From Nemertoderma westbladi (taxonomy: Eukaryota; Animalia; Xenacoelomorpha): DNA of 64,000 nucleotides. Shown in pieces: positions 25,901 through 39,377 of the stretch (position 1 is its first letter; every line of letters begins with the position of its first letter). Position numbers and translations under genes: made by a program. The notes beneath the pieces were generated by a model. It was not told the DNA's origin, did not search any database, and saw only the letters and a program-made list of their open reading frames with translations. The stretch is from the NCBI GenBank assembly GCA_032718475.1, contig JAUCBJ010002919.1, positions 55,044-119,043 on the forward strand. Reading direction: 5' to 3'.

Positions 25901-28900
25901 TCAAAGAATCTGCCAACCTTTTGGTCCGTGTTCAAAGAATCTGCCAACCTTTGGGTCCGTGTTCAAAGAATCTGCCGATATTTGTGTCCGTGTTCAACAT
26001 ACAGTATCTGCCAACCTTTGGGTCCGTGTTCAAAGAATCTGCCAACCTTTGGGTCCGTGTTCAAAGAATCTGCCAACCTTTGGGTCCGTATTCAAAGGAT
26101 CTGCCAACCTTTGGGTCCGTGTTCAAAGAATCTGCCAACCTTTGGGTCCGTGTTCAAAGAATCTGTCAACCTTTGGGTCCGTGTTCAAGGAATCTGCCAA
26201 CCTTTGGGTCCGTGTTCAAAGTATCTGCCAACCTTTGTGTCCGTGTTCAAAGAATCTGCCAACCTTTGTGTCCGTCTTCAAAGAATCTGCCAACCTTTTT
26301 GTCCGTGTTCAAAGAATCTGCCAACCTTTGGGTCCGTGTTCAAAGAATCTGCCAACCTTTGGGTCCGTGTTCAAAGAATCTGCCAACCTTTGGGTCCGTG
26401 TTCAAAGAATCTGCCAACCTCTGTGTCCGTCTTCAAAGAATCTGCCAACCTTTGGGTCTGTGTTCAATGAATCTGCCACCGTTTTGGTCCGTGTTCAAAG
26501 AATCTGCCAACCTTTGGGTCCGTGTTCAAAGAATCTGCCAACCTTTGGGTCCGTGTTCAAAGAATCTGCCAACCTTTGGGTCCGTGTTCAAAGAATCTGC
26601 CAACCTTTGGGTCCGTGTTCAAAGAATCTGCCAACTTTTGGGTCCGTGTTCAAAGAATCTGCCAACCTTTTTGTCCGGCTTCAAAGAATCTGCCAACCTT
26701 TGTGTCCGTATTCAAAGAATCTGCCAACCTTTGTGTCCTTCTTCAAAGAATCTGCCAACCTTTTTGTCCGTGTTCAAAGAATCTGCCAACCTTTGGGTCC
26801 GTGTTCAAAGTATCTGACATCCTTTGAGTCCGTGTTCAAAGAATCTACCAACCTTTTTGTCCGTGTTTAAAGAATCTGCCAACCTTTGGGTCCGTGTTCA
26901 AAGAATCTGCCAACCTTTGGGTCCGTGTTCAAAGAATCTGCCAACCTTTGGGTCCGTGTTCAGAAGTGTTTATGTTGTGCGTTGATGTGTTTGAGTGTTC
27001 ATAGTATATCTACCAACATTTTTGTCAGTGTTCAAAGAATCTGCCAACAATTGGGTCCGTGTTCAAAGAATCTGCCAACCTTTGGGTCCATCTTCAAAGA
27101 ATCTGCCAACCTTTGGGTCCGTGTTCAAAGAATCTGCCAACCTTTGGGTCCGTGTTCAAAGAATCCGCCAACATTTGGGTCCGTGTTCAAAGTATCTGAC
27201 ATCCTTTGGGTCCGTGTTTAAAGAATCTGCCAACCTTTGTGTCCGTGTTCAAAGAAACTGCCAACCTTTGGGTCCGTGTTCAAAGAAACTGCCAACCTTT
27301 TTGTCCGTGTTTAAAGAATCTGCCAACCTTTGTGTCCGTGTTCAAAGAAACTGCCAACCTTTGGGTCCGTGTTCAAAGAATCTACCAACCTTTTTGTCCG
27401 TGTTTAAAGAATCTGCCAACCTTTGGGTCCGTGTTCAAAGAATCTGCCAACCTTTGGGTCCGTGTTCAAAGAATCTGCCAACCTTTGGGTCCTTGTTCAA
27501 AGAATCTGCCAACCTTTGGGTCCATGTTCAAAGAATCTGCCAACCTTTTGGTCCGTGTTCAAAGAATCTGCCAACCTTTGGGTCCGTGTTCAAAGAATCT
27601 GCCGATATTTGTGTCCGTGTTCAACATACAGTATCTGCCAACCTTTGGGTCCGTGTTCAAAGAATCTGCCAACCTTTGGGTCCGTGTTCAAAGAATCTGC
27701 CAACCTTTGGGTCCGTATTCAAAGGATCTGCCAACCTTTGGGTCCGTGTTCAAAGAATCTACCAACCTTTGGGTCCGTGTTCAAAGAATCTGCCAACCTT
27801 TGGGTCCGTGTTCAAGGAATCTGCCAACCTTTGGGTCCGTGTTCAAAGAATCTGCCAACCTTTGTGTCCGGCTTCAAAGAATCTGCCAACCTTTGTGTCC
27901 GTGTTCAAAGAATCTGCCAACCTTTGTGTCCGTCTTCAAAGAATCTGCCAACCTTTTTGTCCGTGTTCAAAGAATCTGCCAACCTTTGGGTCCGTGTTCA
28001 AAGAATCTGCCAACCTTTGGGTCCGTGTTCAAAGAATCTGCCAACCTTTGGGTCCGTGTTCAAAGAATCTGCCAACCTCTGTGTCCGTCTTCAAAGAATC
28101 TGCCAACCTTTGGGTCTGTGTTCAATGAATCTGCCAACCTTTGGGTCCGTGTTCAAAGAATCTGCCAACCTTTGGGTCCGTGTTCAAAGAATCTGCCAAC
28201 CTTTGGGTCCGTGTTCAAAGAATCTGCCAACCTTTGGGTCCGTGTTCAAAGAATCTGCCAACTTTTGGGTCCGTGTTCAAAGAATCTGCCAACCTTTTTG
28301 TCCGGCTTCAAAGAATCTGCCAACCTTTGTGTCCGTATTCAAAGAATCTGCCAACCTTTGTGTCCTTCTTCAAAGAATCTGCCAACCTTTTTGTCCGTGT
28401 TCAAAGAATCTGCCAACCTTTGGGTCCGTGTTCAAAGTATCTGACATCCTTTGAGTCCGTGTTCAAAGAATCTACCAACCTTTTTGTCCGTGTTTAAAGA
28501 ATCTGCCAACCTTTGGGTCCGTGTTCAAAGAATCTGCCAACCTTTGGGTCCGTTCAAAGAATCTGCCAACCTTTGGGTCCGTGTTCAGAAGTGTTTATGT
28601 TGTGCGTTGATGTGTTTGAGTGTTCATAGTATATCTACCAACATTTTTGTCAGTGTTCAAAGAATCTGCCAACAATTGGGTCCGTGTTCAAAGAATCTGC
28701 CAACCTTTGGGTCCATCTTCAAAGAATCTGCCAACCTTTGGGTCCGTGTTCAAAGAATCTGCCAACCTTTGGGTCCGTGTTCAAAGAATCCGCCAACATT
28801 TGGGTCCGTGTTCAAAGTATCTGACATCCTTTGGGTCCGTGTTCAAAGAATCTACCAACCTTTTTGTCCGTGTTTAAAGAATCTGCCAACCTTTGTGTCC

Positions 28901-31900
28901 GTGTTCAAAGAAACTGCCAACCTTTGGGTCCGTGTTCAAAGAATCTGCCAACCTTTGGGTCCGTGTTCAAAGAATCTGCCAACCTTTGGGTCCGTGTTCA
29001 AAGAATCTGCCAACCTTTGGGTCCGTGTTCAAAGAATCTGCCAACCTTTGGGTCCGTGTTCAAAGAATCTGCCAACCTTTGGGTCCTTGTTCAAAGAATC
29101 TGCCAACCTTTGGGTCCGTGTTCAAAGAATCTGCCAACATTTGGGTCCGTGTTCAAATAATCTGCCAACCTTTGGGTAAGTGTTCAAAGAATCTGCCAAC
29201 CTTTGGGTCCGTGTTCAAAGAATCTAAACTACCAACCTTTGGGTCCTTATTCAAAGAATCTGCCAACCTTTGGGTCCATGTTCAAAGAATCTGCCAACCT
29301 TTTGGTCCGTGTTCAAAGAATCTGCCAACCTTTGGGTCCGTGTTCAAAGAATTTGCCGATATTTGTGTCCGTGTTCAACATACAGTATCTGCCAAAATTT
29401 GTGTCCGTGTTTAAAGAATCTGCCAACCTTTGGGTCCGTGTTCAAAGAATCTGCCAACCTTTGGGTCCGTATTCAAAGGATCTGCCAACCTTTGGGTCCG
29501 TGTTCAAAGAATCTGCCAACCTTTGGGTCCGTGTTCAAAGAATCTGCCAACCTTTGGTCCGTGTTCAAAGAATCTGCCAACCTTTGGGTCCGTGTTCAAA
29601 GAATCTGCCAACCTTTGTGTCCGGCTTCAAAGAATCTGCCAACCTTTGTGTCCGTGTTCAAAGAATCTGCCAACCTTTGTGTCCGTCTTCAAAGCCAACC
29701 TTTTTGTCCGTGTTCAAAGAATCTGCCAACCTTTGGGTCCGTGTTCAAAGAATCTGCCAACCTTTGGGTCCGTGTTCAAAGAATCTGCCAACCTTTGGGT
29801 CCGCGTTCAAAGAATCTGCCAACCTCTATGTCCGTCTTCAAAGAATCTGCCAACCTTTGGGTCTGTGTTCAATGAATCTGCCACCGTTTGGGTCCGTGTT
29901 CAAAGAATCTGCCAACCTTTGGGTCCGTGTTCAAAGAATCTACCAACCTTTGGGTCCGTGTTCAAAGAATCTGCCAACCTTTGGGTCCGTGTTCAAAGAA
30001 TCTGCCAACCTTTTTGTCCGGCTTCAAAGAATCTGCCAACCTTTGTGTCCGTATTCAAAGAATCTGCCAACCTTTGTGTCCGTCTTCAAAGAATCTGCCA
30101 ACCTTTTTGTCCGTGTTCAAAGAATCTGCCAACCTTTGGGTCCGTGTTCAAAGAATCTGCCAACCTTTGGGTCCGTGTTCAAAGAATCTGCCAACCTTTG
30201 GGTCCGTGTTCAAAGAATCTGCCAACCTTTGGGTCCGTGTTCAAAGAATTTGCCGATATTTGTGTCCGTGTTCAACATACAGTATCTGCCAAAATTTGTG
30301 TCCGTGTTTAAAGAATCTGCCAACCTTTGGGTCCGTGTTCAAAGAATCTGCCAACCTTTGGGTCCGTGTTCAAAGAATCTGCCAACCTTTGGGTCCGTGT
30401 TCAAAGAATCTGCCAACCTTTGGGTCCGTGTTCAAAGAATCTGCCAACCTTTGGGTCCGTGTTCAAAGAATTTGCCGATATTTGTGTCCGTGTTCAACAT
30501 ACAGTATCTGCCAAAATTTGTGTCCGTGTTTAAAGAATCTGCCAACCTTTGGGTCCGTGTTCAAAGAATCTGCCAACCTTTGGGTCCGTATTCAAAGGAT
30601 CTGCCAACCTTTGGGTCCGTGTTCAAAGAATCTGCCAACCTTTGGGTCCGTGTTCAAAGAATCTGCCAACCTTTGGTCCGTGTTCAAAGAATCTGCCAAC
30701 CTTTGGGTCCGTGTTCAAAGAATCTGCCAACCTTTGTGTCCGGCTTCAAAGAATCTGCCAACCTTTGGGTCCGTGTTCAAAGAATCTGCCAACCTTTGGG
30801 TCCGTATTCAAAGGATCTGCCAACCTTTGGGTCCGTGTTCAAAGAATCTGCCAACCTTTGGGTCCGTGTTCAAAGAATCTGCCAACCTTTGGGTCCGTGT
30901 TCAAAGAATCTGCCAACCTTTGGGTCCGCGTTCAAAGAATCTGCCAACCTCTATGTCCGTCTTCAATGAATCTGCCACCGTTTGGGTCCGTGTTCAAAGA
31001 ATCTGCCAACCTTTGGGTCCGTGTTCAAAGAATCTGCAAACCTTTGGGTCCGTGTTCAAAGAATCTGCCAACCTTTGGGTCCGTGTTCAAAGAATCTGCC
31101 AACCTTTGGGTCCGTGTTCAAAGAATCTGCCAACCTTTGGGTCCGTGTTCAAAGAATCTGCCAACCTTTGGGTCCGTGTTCAAAGAATCTGCCAACCTCT
31201 GTGTCCGTCTTCAAAGAATCTGCCAACCTTTGGGTCTGTGTTCAATGAATCTGCCAACCTTTGGGTCCGTGTTCAAAGAATCTGCCAACCTTTGGGTCCG
31301 TGTTCAAAGAATCTGCCAACCTTTGGGTCCGTGTTCAAAGAATCTGCCAACCTTTGGGTCCGTGTTCAAAGAATCTGCCAACTTTTGGGTCCGTGTTCAA
31401 AGAATCTGCCAACCTTTTTGTCCGGCTTCAAAGAATCTGCCAACCTTTGTGTCCGTATTCAAAGAATCTGCCAACCTTTGTGTCCTTCTTCAAAGAATCT
31501 GCCAACCTTTTTGTCCGTGTTCAAAGAATCTGCCAACCTTTGGGTCCGTGTTCAAAGTATCTGACATCCTTTGAGTCCGTGTTCAAAGAATCTACCAACC
31601 TTTTTGTCCGTGTTTAAAGAATCTGCCAACCTTTGGGTCCGTGTTCAAAGAATCTGCCAACCTTTGGGTCCGTTCAAAGAATCTGCCAACCTTTGGGTCC
31701 GTGTTCAGAAGTGTTTATGTTGTGCGTTGATGTGTTTGAGTGTTCATAGTATATCTACCAACATTTTTGTCAGTGTTCAAAGAATCTGCCAACAATTGGG
31801 TCCGTGTTCAAAGAATCTGCCAACCTTTGGGTCCATCTTCAAAGAATCTGCCAACCTTTGGGTCCGTGTTCAAAGAATCTGCCAACCTTTGGGTCCGTGT

Positions 31901-34446
31901 TCAAAGAATCCGCCAACATTTGGGTCCGTGTTCAAAGTATCTGACATCCTTTGGGTCCGTGTTCAAAGAATCTACCAACCTTTTTGTCCGTGTTTAAAGA
32001 ATCTGCCAACCTTTGTGTCCGTGTTCAAAGAAACTGCCAACCTTTGGGTCCGTGTTCAAAGAATCTGCCAACCTTTGGGTCCGTGTTCAAAGAATCTGCC
32101 AACCTTTGGGTCCGTGTTCAAAGAATCTGCCAACCTTTGGGTCCGTGTTCAAAGAATCTGCCAACCTTTGGGTCCGTGTTCAAAGAATCTGCCAACCTTT
32201 GGGTCCTTGTTCAAAGAATCTGCCAACCTTTGGGTCCGTGTTCAAAGAATCTGCCAACATTTGGGTCCGTGTTCAAATAATCTGCCAACCTTTGGGTAAG
32301 TGTTCAAAGAATCTGCCAACCTTTGGGTCCGTGTTCAAAGAATCTAAACTACCAACCTTTGGGTCCTTATTCAAAGAATCTGCCAACCTTTGGGTCCATG
32401 TTCAAAGAATCTGCCAACCTTTTGGTCCGTGTTCAAAGAATCTGCCAACCTTTGGGTCCGTGTTCAAAGAATTTGCCGATATTTGTGTCCGTGTTCAACA
32501 TACAGTATCTGCCAAAATTTGTGTCCGTGTTTAAAGAATCTGCCAACCTTTGGGTCCGTGTTCAAAGAATCTGCCAACCTTTGGGTCCGTATTCAAAGGA
32601 TCTGCCAACCTTTGGGTCCGTGTTCAAAGAATCTGCCAACCTTTGGGTCCGTGTTCAAAGAATCTGCCAACCTTTGGTCCGTGTTCAAAGAATCTGCCAA
32701 CCTTTGGGTCCGTGTTCAAAGAATCTGCCAACCTTTGTGTCCGGCTTCAAAGAATCTGCCAACCTTTGTGTCCGTGTTCAAAGAATCTGCCAACCTTTGT
32801 GTCCGTCTTCAAAGCCAACCTTTTTGTCCGTGTTCAAAGAATCTGCCAACCTTTGGGTCCGTGTTCAAAGAATCTGCCAACCTTTGGGTCCGTGTTCAAA
32901 GAATCTGCCAACCTTTGGGTCCGCGTTCAAAGAATCTGCCAACCTCTATGTCCGTCTTCAAAGAATCTGCCAACCTTTGGGTCTGTGTTCAATGAATCTG
33001 CCACCGTTTGGGTCCGTGTTCAAAGAATCTGCCAACCTTTGGGTCCGTGTTCAAAGAATCTACCAACCTTTGGGTCCGTGTTCAAAGAATCTGCCAACCT
33101 TTGGGTCCGTGTTCAAAGAATCTGCCAACCTTTTTGTCCGGCTTCAAAGAATCTGCCAACCTTTGTGTCCGTATTCAAAGAATCTGCCAACCTTTGTGTC
33201 CGTCTTCAAAGAATCTGCCAACCTTTTTGTCCGTGTTCAAAGAATCTGCCAACCTTTGGGTCCGTGTTCAAAGAATCTGCCAACCTTTGGGTCCGTGTTC
33301 AAAGAATCTGCCAACCTTTGGGTCCGTGTTCAAAGAATCTGCCAACCTTTGGGTCCGTGTTCAAAGAATTTGCCGATATTTGTGTCCGTGTTCAACATAC
33401 AGTATCTGCCAAAATTTGTGTCCGTGTTTAAAGAATCTGCCAACCTTTGGGTCCGTGTTCAAAGAATCTGCCAACCTTTGGGTCCGTATTCAAAGGATCT
33501 GCCAACCTTTGGGTCCGTGTTCAAAGAATCTGCCAACCTTTGGGTCCGTGTTCAAAGAATCTGCCAACCTTTGGTCCGTGTTCAAAGAATCTGCCAACCT
33601 TTGGGTCCGTGTTCAAAGAATCTGCCAACCTTTGTGTCCGGCTTCAAAGAATCTGCCAACCTTTGGGTCCGTGTTCAAAGAATCTGCCAACCTTTGGGTC
33701 CGTATTCAAAGGATCTGCCAACCTTTGGGTCCGTGTTCAAAGAATCTGCCAACCTTTGGGTCCGTGTTCAAAGAATCTGCCAACCTTTGGGTCCGTGTTC
33801 AAAGAATCTGCCAACCTTTGGGTCCGCGTTCAAAGAATCTGCCAACCTCTATGTCCGTCTTCAATGAATCTGCCACCGTTTGGGTCCGTGTTCAAAGAAT
33901 CTGCCAACCTTTGGGTCCGTGTTCAAAGAATCTGCAAACCTTTGGGTCCGTGTTCAAAGAATCTGCCAACCTTTGGGTCCGTGTTCAAAGAATCTGCCAA
34001 CCTTTGGGTCCGTGTTCAAAGAATCTGCCAACCTTTTTGTCCGTGTTCAAAGAATCTGCCAACCTTTGGGTCCGTGTTCAAAGAATCTGTCAACCTTTGG
34101 GTCCGTGTTCAAAGAATCTGCCAACCTCTGTGTCCGTCTTCAAAGAATCTGCCAACCTTTGGGTCTGTGTTCAATGAATCTGCCACCGTTTGGGTCCGTG
34201 TTCAAAGAATCTGCCAACCTTTGGGTCCGTGTTCAAAGAATCTGCCAACCTTTGGGTCCGTGTTCAAAGAATCTGCCAACCTTTGGGTCCGTGTTCAAAG
34301 AATCTGCCAACCTTTGGGTCTGTGTTGAAAGAATCTGCCACCGTTTGGGTCCGTGTTCAAAGAATCTGACAATCTTTGGGTCCGTGTTCAAAGAATCTGC
34401 CACCATTTGGGTCCGTGTTCAAAGAATCTGCCAACCTTTGGGTCCC
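10951..34446. repeat. 31-bp satellite array (~750 units, 23.5 kb), consensus GTGTTCAAAGAATCTGCCAACCTTTGGGTCC, with higher-order repeats
   Basis: Head-to-tail 31-mers with recurrent variants and 11 copies of a divergent marker (AGAAGTGTTTATGTTGTGC(A/G)TTGATGTGTTTGAG) at 11221, 11726, 13848, 16807, 18432, 19525, 22121, 24366, 26962, 28587 and 31707. Confidence 0.98.
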
Positions 34447-34520
34447 ATAAATCTCGTGCTTTGGCGGCCTCATGGAGTGAATAAGCATGGTGGACAGCCA
34501 ATAACTTTCTTGAGACTCTT
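34447..34520 (+). mobile_element. Short RTE-clade LINE 3' fragment
   Basis: NLVLWRPHGVNKHGGQPITF matches the copy at ~60842-60905 (NLVLWQPHGVNKRSGQPMTF). Confidence 0.75.
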
Positions 34521-34855
34521 CTTACTGTGGTTCAACAAGTAAAATTATTTTTTCAATATTTTCTGGAGACCATCCCATTAGATTCAAAATTCATTCGATG
34601 TAAATTTCAAAAATTAAACTCCCTTGACTTGAATGCTAAGCATTCAAAAGTTATAAGCATTTTTCGTTGAAATTTTTCATAGCGGCGCGCCTAATTTTTC
34701 AAAATTTGGCTAATCTTTTGAAATTTATTTATTTTGAAATTTTTTCTCAGACTTCCACACTAGAGCAGAATTTTATGTATATTACGAAAATCCAACTCAC
34801 ATCACCTGAATCCTAATTCCTAATACGAGTTTTGATTTTCAGCTCCGTTTACTTC

Positions 34856-34995
34856 AGCAAATAAACTTTGTATAACAACCTCGGCCTTCGGCCTTGGTAG
34901 TTATACAAGTTTATTTGCTTCAGGTTGATATATCGTATATCACTCCTAGAACAGGTGATATTCTCTGTTTATCACCTGTCCTGGGAGTGAAATAC
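34856..34995. mobile_element. Double-hairpin non-autonomous element (Crypton-like architecture)
   Basis: Hairpin 1: AGCAAATAAACTTTGTATAAC..TCGGCC-TTC-GGCC..GTTATACAAGTTTATTTGCT. Hairpin 2: TCACTCCTAGAACAGGTGATA...TATCACCTGTCCTGGGAGTGA. Family assignment is by resemblance only. Confidence 0.5.
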
Positions 34996-36660
34996 AGTAT
35001 ATTTCACAAAATATAGGCAAATAAATTTAGCGGCATCCATTTGTAGTATAGGTACTGTACACAAAATTTACACCTATCATGAAGACGAGCTATACAAACT
35101 TGCAACACAGGAAATGATTTTAATTGGTTGTGATTGGTGAACTTTGCTGCATGCCTGATAAGTGATAATGATTAGTTCTGCTTGCTATAGATATTGTTTG
35201 CATATTTGCTTGGCTTGATATTATTTGTGTGGTAAGATGGATAAGGATAAGACTATGTCTGACAGACAGAGGAACTGACTTCTGTTGGTTTGGTATGCAA
35301 AATTATTACGTTTAAAGGTCAACATTTAAAATATTAAATGTTCAAAGGTCATTTCTACCAATTTTCATATGAGTGCATAACGCAATATCGTACCAAGCTG
35401 CCAAGTTTGGTTTAATTCCATCAATAATTAATGATTAACGGACATGGTTTTATCAAAAGTCTGAAACTACCGGTACCGACAGAGCGACTGGTGACTGGCA
35501 GACGGTCTGATTTAACATGGCAACTTGAAAGGACCAGAGGACAGGAGGACTCAGGACTGCAGACTGAATCCCTGAATCTGAATGATGCAATGGCAATGGG
35601 GGAATTAGGGATTGACAAATTTCAGGATTTGGCATCTTATTACAGTATTAGCTTCGATTAAAAAGTGATAAAGAATTCTGGATGCTGGAATGGCCTTCTG
35701 ACAGTCTGAACTGCTGAACTGGTGCGAAGTCCCAGAGTCCAGACAAGGACAAGCTGACAAGACACCCGGAAAAGTCCAAGGTAGGTCAGTGCAGCAGTAA
35801 TACTGTAATAGCTGAATAGGCAGTAGCCTGTAGCTGTAATAGTGGCCAGGGGCCTACCACCAGACTGCCAGACCACAGTCAGACAGTACCGGCAGACAGG
35901 CAGACTGCAAGAATAAATAAATCAGTCACAGTTGACAGTCCTGCTGTCAGTAATAGGCCTACTGTAATACCGGTACCGTACAGTCGTAGGCTACCCCTAT
36001 CTGCCTATGCCGTACCGTACAGCCGTACCGTAGGCCTAGTCAGTCTACGGTACTTTCAGACGTTACCGGTATTTGATTATCAGATTATTAAATCATGATA
36101 CATTTTTTTGTAGCATAGGCCTACCGGTAGGCCTAACAGCCTAATTCTTAAGGGCCAACATGAAAAAAAGATAGAACGAAATTCCTTTCCTGGCAGACCG
36201 GTACCAGTACTGCAGTAATGCACTCTAATGTTACAATTACAACAGTCTGTCTGACAGTATGCAGTACATACATGTAAAAAGTAAGTACTGGAATCGGATT
36301 CCAATTATCGTACTCTTCAACTGATCAACTAACGCTAACGCCTGTTTCTGCCTTACCCAGGCCTGCAGGCAGCCAGGTACCGCGTTACCCAGATACAGGT
36401 ACCTACGACCTACCTACCTACTCAAAAACCGAATGACCAATAATTTAGTGTTCTGTTTCTCGAATATTCTGATATTTACGCCTATCAGCCTATTACTGTA
36501 TTACGTACCGACAAGGGCAACTACTGAACTAGAGACTGAGAGCTGGAGAGCCGCTTAGCTAACTACCTACGTAAACCAAATACCGGTAGGCCCTACTGGA
36601 TATTGCAGTAGGCCTATTGAGTTCCGTTATGGAACGGTACGGTACGGGTACGCTTTGCAG

Positions 36661-37256
36661 GGGTGACAGACCGAACGTAATCAGGATCGAATGTAACATA
36701 GTTTTTATGAATCGAACGTAACCTCAATTATGTTACATTGGATCCTATAACTATGTTACATTCGATCTACAAATTACTAAGCTCGAATGTAACATACTAG
36801 ATTCTGGATATTAACATATGTACATTTATTTCAGTTGTGTTTTGATTTCAGGAGTTAACCAATGAAATGCTTCGTTTATTTACAGGAAAAAACAGTTTGG
36901 TGAGTACAAAACAAAGACCCAAGACCCAATTAAGTAACCTGCATAATCTTGTAACATGTGTTAACTTTCGTTTATTGTTTTGGTTCCCCCAACACGCCTC
37001 TGTAACCTGCTCCTTTCAGCCTTTAAATAAAAGTAACCTGCATAATCTTGTAACATGTGTTAACTTTTGTTTATTGTTTTGGTTCCCCAACACGCCTCTG
37101 TAACCTGCTCCTTTAAATGTTACATTCGGACTTAGTAATTTGTAGATCGAATGTAACATAATTATAGGATCCAATGTAACATAATTGCGGTTACGTTCGA
37201 TACGTAATAAAATAATTATGTTACATTCGTTCCTGATTACGTTCGGTTATGTATCC
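36661..37256. mobile_element. Mutator-like (MULE) MITE with ~130-bp TIRs and 9-bp TSD
   Basis: Arms ACCGAACGTAATCAGGA..CGAATGTAACAT (36670-36795) are mirrored at 37118-37250. GG...CC termini; flanks GCTTTGCAG (36652-36660) and GCTTGGCAG (37257-37265). Internal ~100-bp tandem duplication at 36931-37115. Confidence 0.8.
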
Positions 37257-37700
37257 GCTTGGCAGTTATTAAAGTTGCAATAACCTTTGAGTGTGAGTGT
37301 GCATGGATTTTGCTCAAGTTTTTCAAAACCTTTTCTACTTCAATCAGTCAATGCTCTTTCAACTGTTCAACACATGTAATAAAATTTAAGATATTCCACC
37401 AAAAATATTTTATCTTAATTCTTTCGCAGGAAAAAGTCAAATCAATGCGATCAGCAATCCTATGGTTTTTTTCCCTTGGGAAAAAAGTACTTCCGCTAGT
37501 TTTTCTCCTGCTTTTGGGGTATATCAGTCAGTAGGCATTCGAGCTAAAAAAAGTTATAAATTTTTAAGAATAAAAATATTTACTCAGTCTGTTTCATCCA
37601 TTGTTACTTATTTCTAAGATGTGTTATTTTTCATTTATAGACTTAAAGCTTAAGTAAAATACAAAAGGCTACCGCCATCTCAATTCTCCCATCTACCCCT

Positions 37701-37886
37701 ATGGAATCATATCAACGCGAACCGTTCAATCGCACTAACCCAAATCGTCTGAGCGATACCAGCATCAAGAGGGATGTGGAACGAATCAAGAGCACCACGC
37801 TCTCTTATCAATCGAACTTACATTCCTCTGTCGGAGGACATTTGTCTTCTCCTCACAGAGTTGGCTTATATCGCGACAATGTACAG
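37701..37886 (+). CDS. SIPA1L: SIPA1-like Rap-GAP gene, putative first coding exon
   Basis: ATG at 37701, MESYQREPF...YRDNVQ, donor CAG|GTTGGC, phase 0 matching the next exon. An upstream acceptor TTTATAG at 37640 suggests a further 5' UTR exon. No conserved motif, so less certain than the other exons. Confidence 0.6.
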
Positions 37887-39214
37887 GTTGGCGGAATTAA
37901 TTTTGAAAACCTATTTAAATTTAACTTTTTTTTTAGTTACTTTCAAATAGCCTACCTCTACCGCGCTACGTCTACGTTGTCTTTTTAATACCCCCTAAAA
38001 AGTCTAAAAATATATGCGAATCACCGTTTCTCATGTTTTTCTCCTTATCACATACTGTAAATAACCTTGATGTTTAATTTACATAGAAACAATTTGCTGT
38101 ATAGAACAATTATTTGTTGCAGCCAAACTTGTAGTCCAATGACAACCGATTGGCTGAACTATGCAATTCTACATTATTTAGTTTATAGAACAACGGAAAT
38201 TTGTCTAATCATTTTTATTATTACTCTACAGTATACACCTATATATATATATATATATATAGTAATTTCGCATAATAATATATATAATAGCAAGTTATAT
38301 GGGAATAAGTTAATCAAATATTGTTACCAGTACAAATTAATACAACAATTTCTAGGACTGTAAAGTACATGGAAGGACAACTAAACAAAGCAAACACCGT
38401 AATTGGATGGAATTTGTGCATCGGAAACTGTGCATGGAATTAAAATAGGAAAGCAGAAGGGATAAGGCTATATATGGATGGACTAACCAGAGGGGAAGGA
38501 GTGATGAAAAGGACAACAAAATATACTTTAGTAAAGGCGGGGTCTATAGCAGTGGAACTCACAGAAGTCTGTATGGGCAGGGAGGGTACCTAGCACAGCT
38601 GTCTAGCACAGCTCTGTGGCATTGCCACGCACTATGTTAATAACACAACTTTCATACTATATGGGGTCACGTCATAAGACGTAACTCACCCATTATCAGG
38701 TCTGTCCCTATTAGTTGAACGTAGTCGTACAAATTTACCGTCGTACTATATGCTGTACTATTACTGGCTATGTAATATGTTCGAAATACACTTAATAATA
38801 ATAATATAAACCTCTTGTTCCCAAAATATTGGCCAGTTCTATCAAAAACTCTTGTAAATACGTTAGGGTCCACGGATTCCCAGATCCTGCTAGCACTATG
38901 ACAGTGATGTGGCATTACATGTAGAAGATGTCAGCCTATTGGAGCAGCCAGAACAGTGCCTGTGTTGGGTTGGGGGGGGGGGGGGGGGGGGGGGCATTAT
39001 TGAAGATTTAGGCATGGGTGGAGTGGGTTCTGGGTACGTCCCCTACTCACAGTCGGCGGCAGGGCTGTAGGACATGGGTCAGGGTAGGGGCTGTAATCAA
39101 CCAACTGCGGCTTACTGCGATGCAGCTTATACGTCCCGAGCTCTCGAGCTAGAAGTAGCAGTGGTACTTCTACTTATAGATGCTTGATGATGATTAAGTT
39201 TGTATTTGTTCCAG

Positions 39215-39377
39215 CGCCAATACGGAAGCTGTACTAGTATAGACACCGTGGGTGCCGAAGTATCTGATAACAATTTATTGTCTCTTCTTGCTAATTTGAG
39301 TTCGCAAAATCCCGACAGCCTAAACAACAATGATTCTCAACGGTCGGCCAAACCAACAGTTCTTTCAAGAGTTAAAG
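39215..39377 (+). CDS. SIPA1L: SIPA1-like Rap-GAP gene, coding exon 2
   Basis: Acceptor TTGTTCCAG; RQYGSCTSID resembles the SIPA1L motif REYGSTSSID; donor AAG|GTAATA; phase 0->1. Confidence 0.8.

Noticed and set aside
10951-34446. CRISPR array
   Set aside because: Units are head-to-tail with no unique spacers; the occasional divergent insert is itself repeated 11 times; no cas genes; eukaryotic context.
10860-34542. Protein-coding genes from the many long ORFs (up to 1064 aa)
   Set aside because: All three frames are open simply because the 31-mer lacks stops; ORFs overlap, and indels and stop variants are tolerated.
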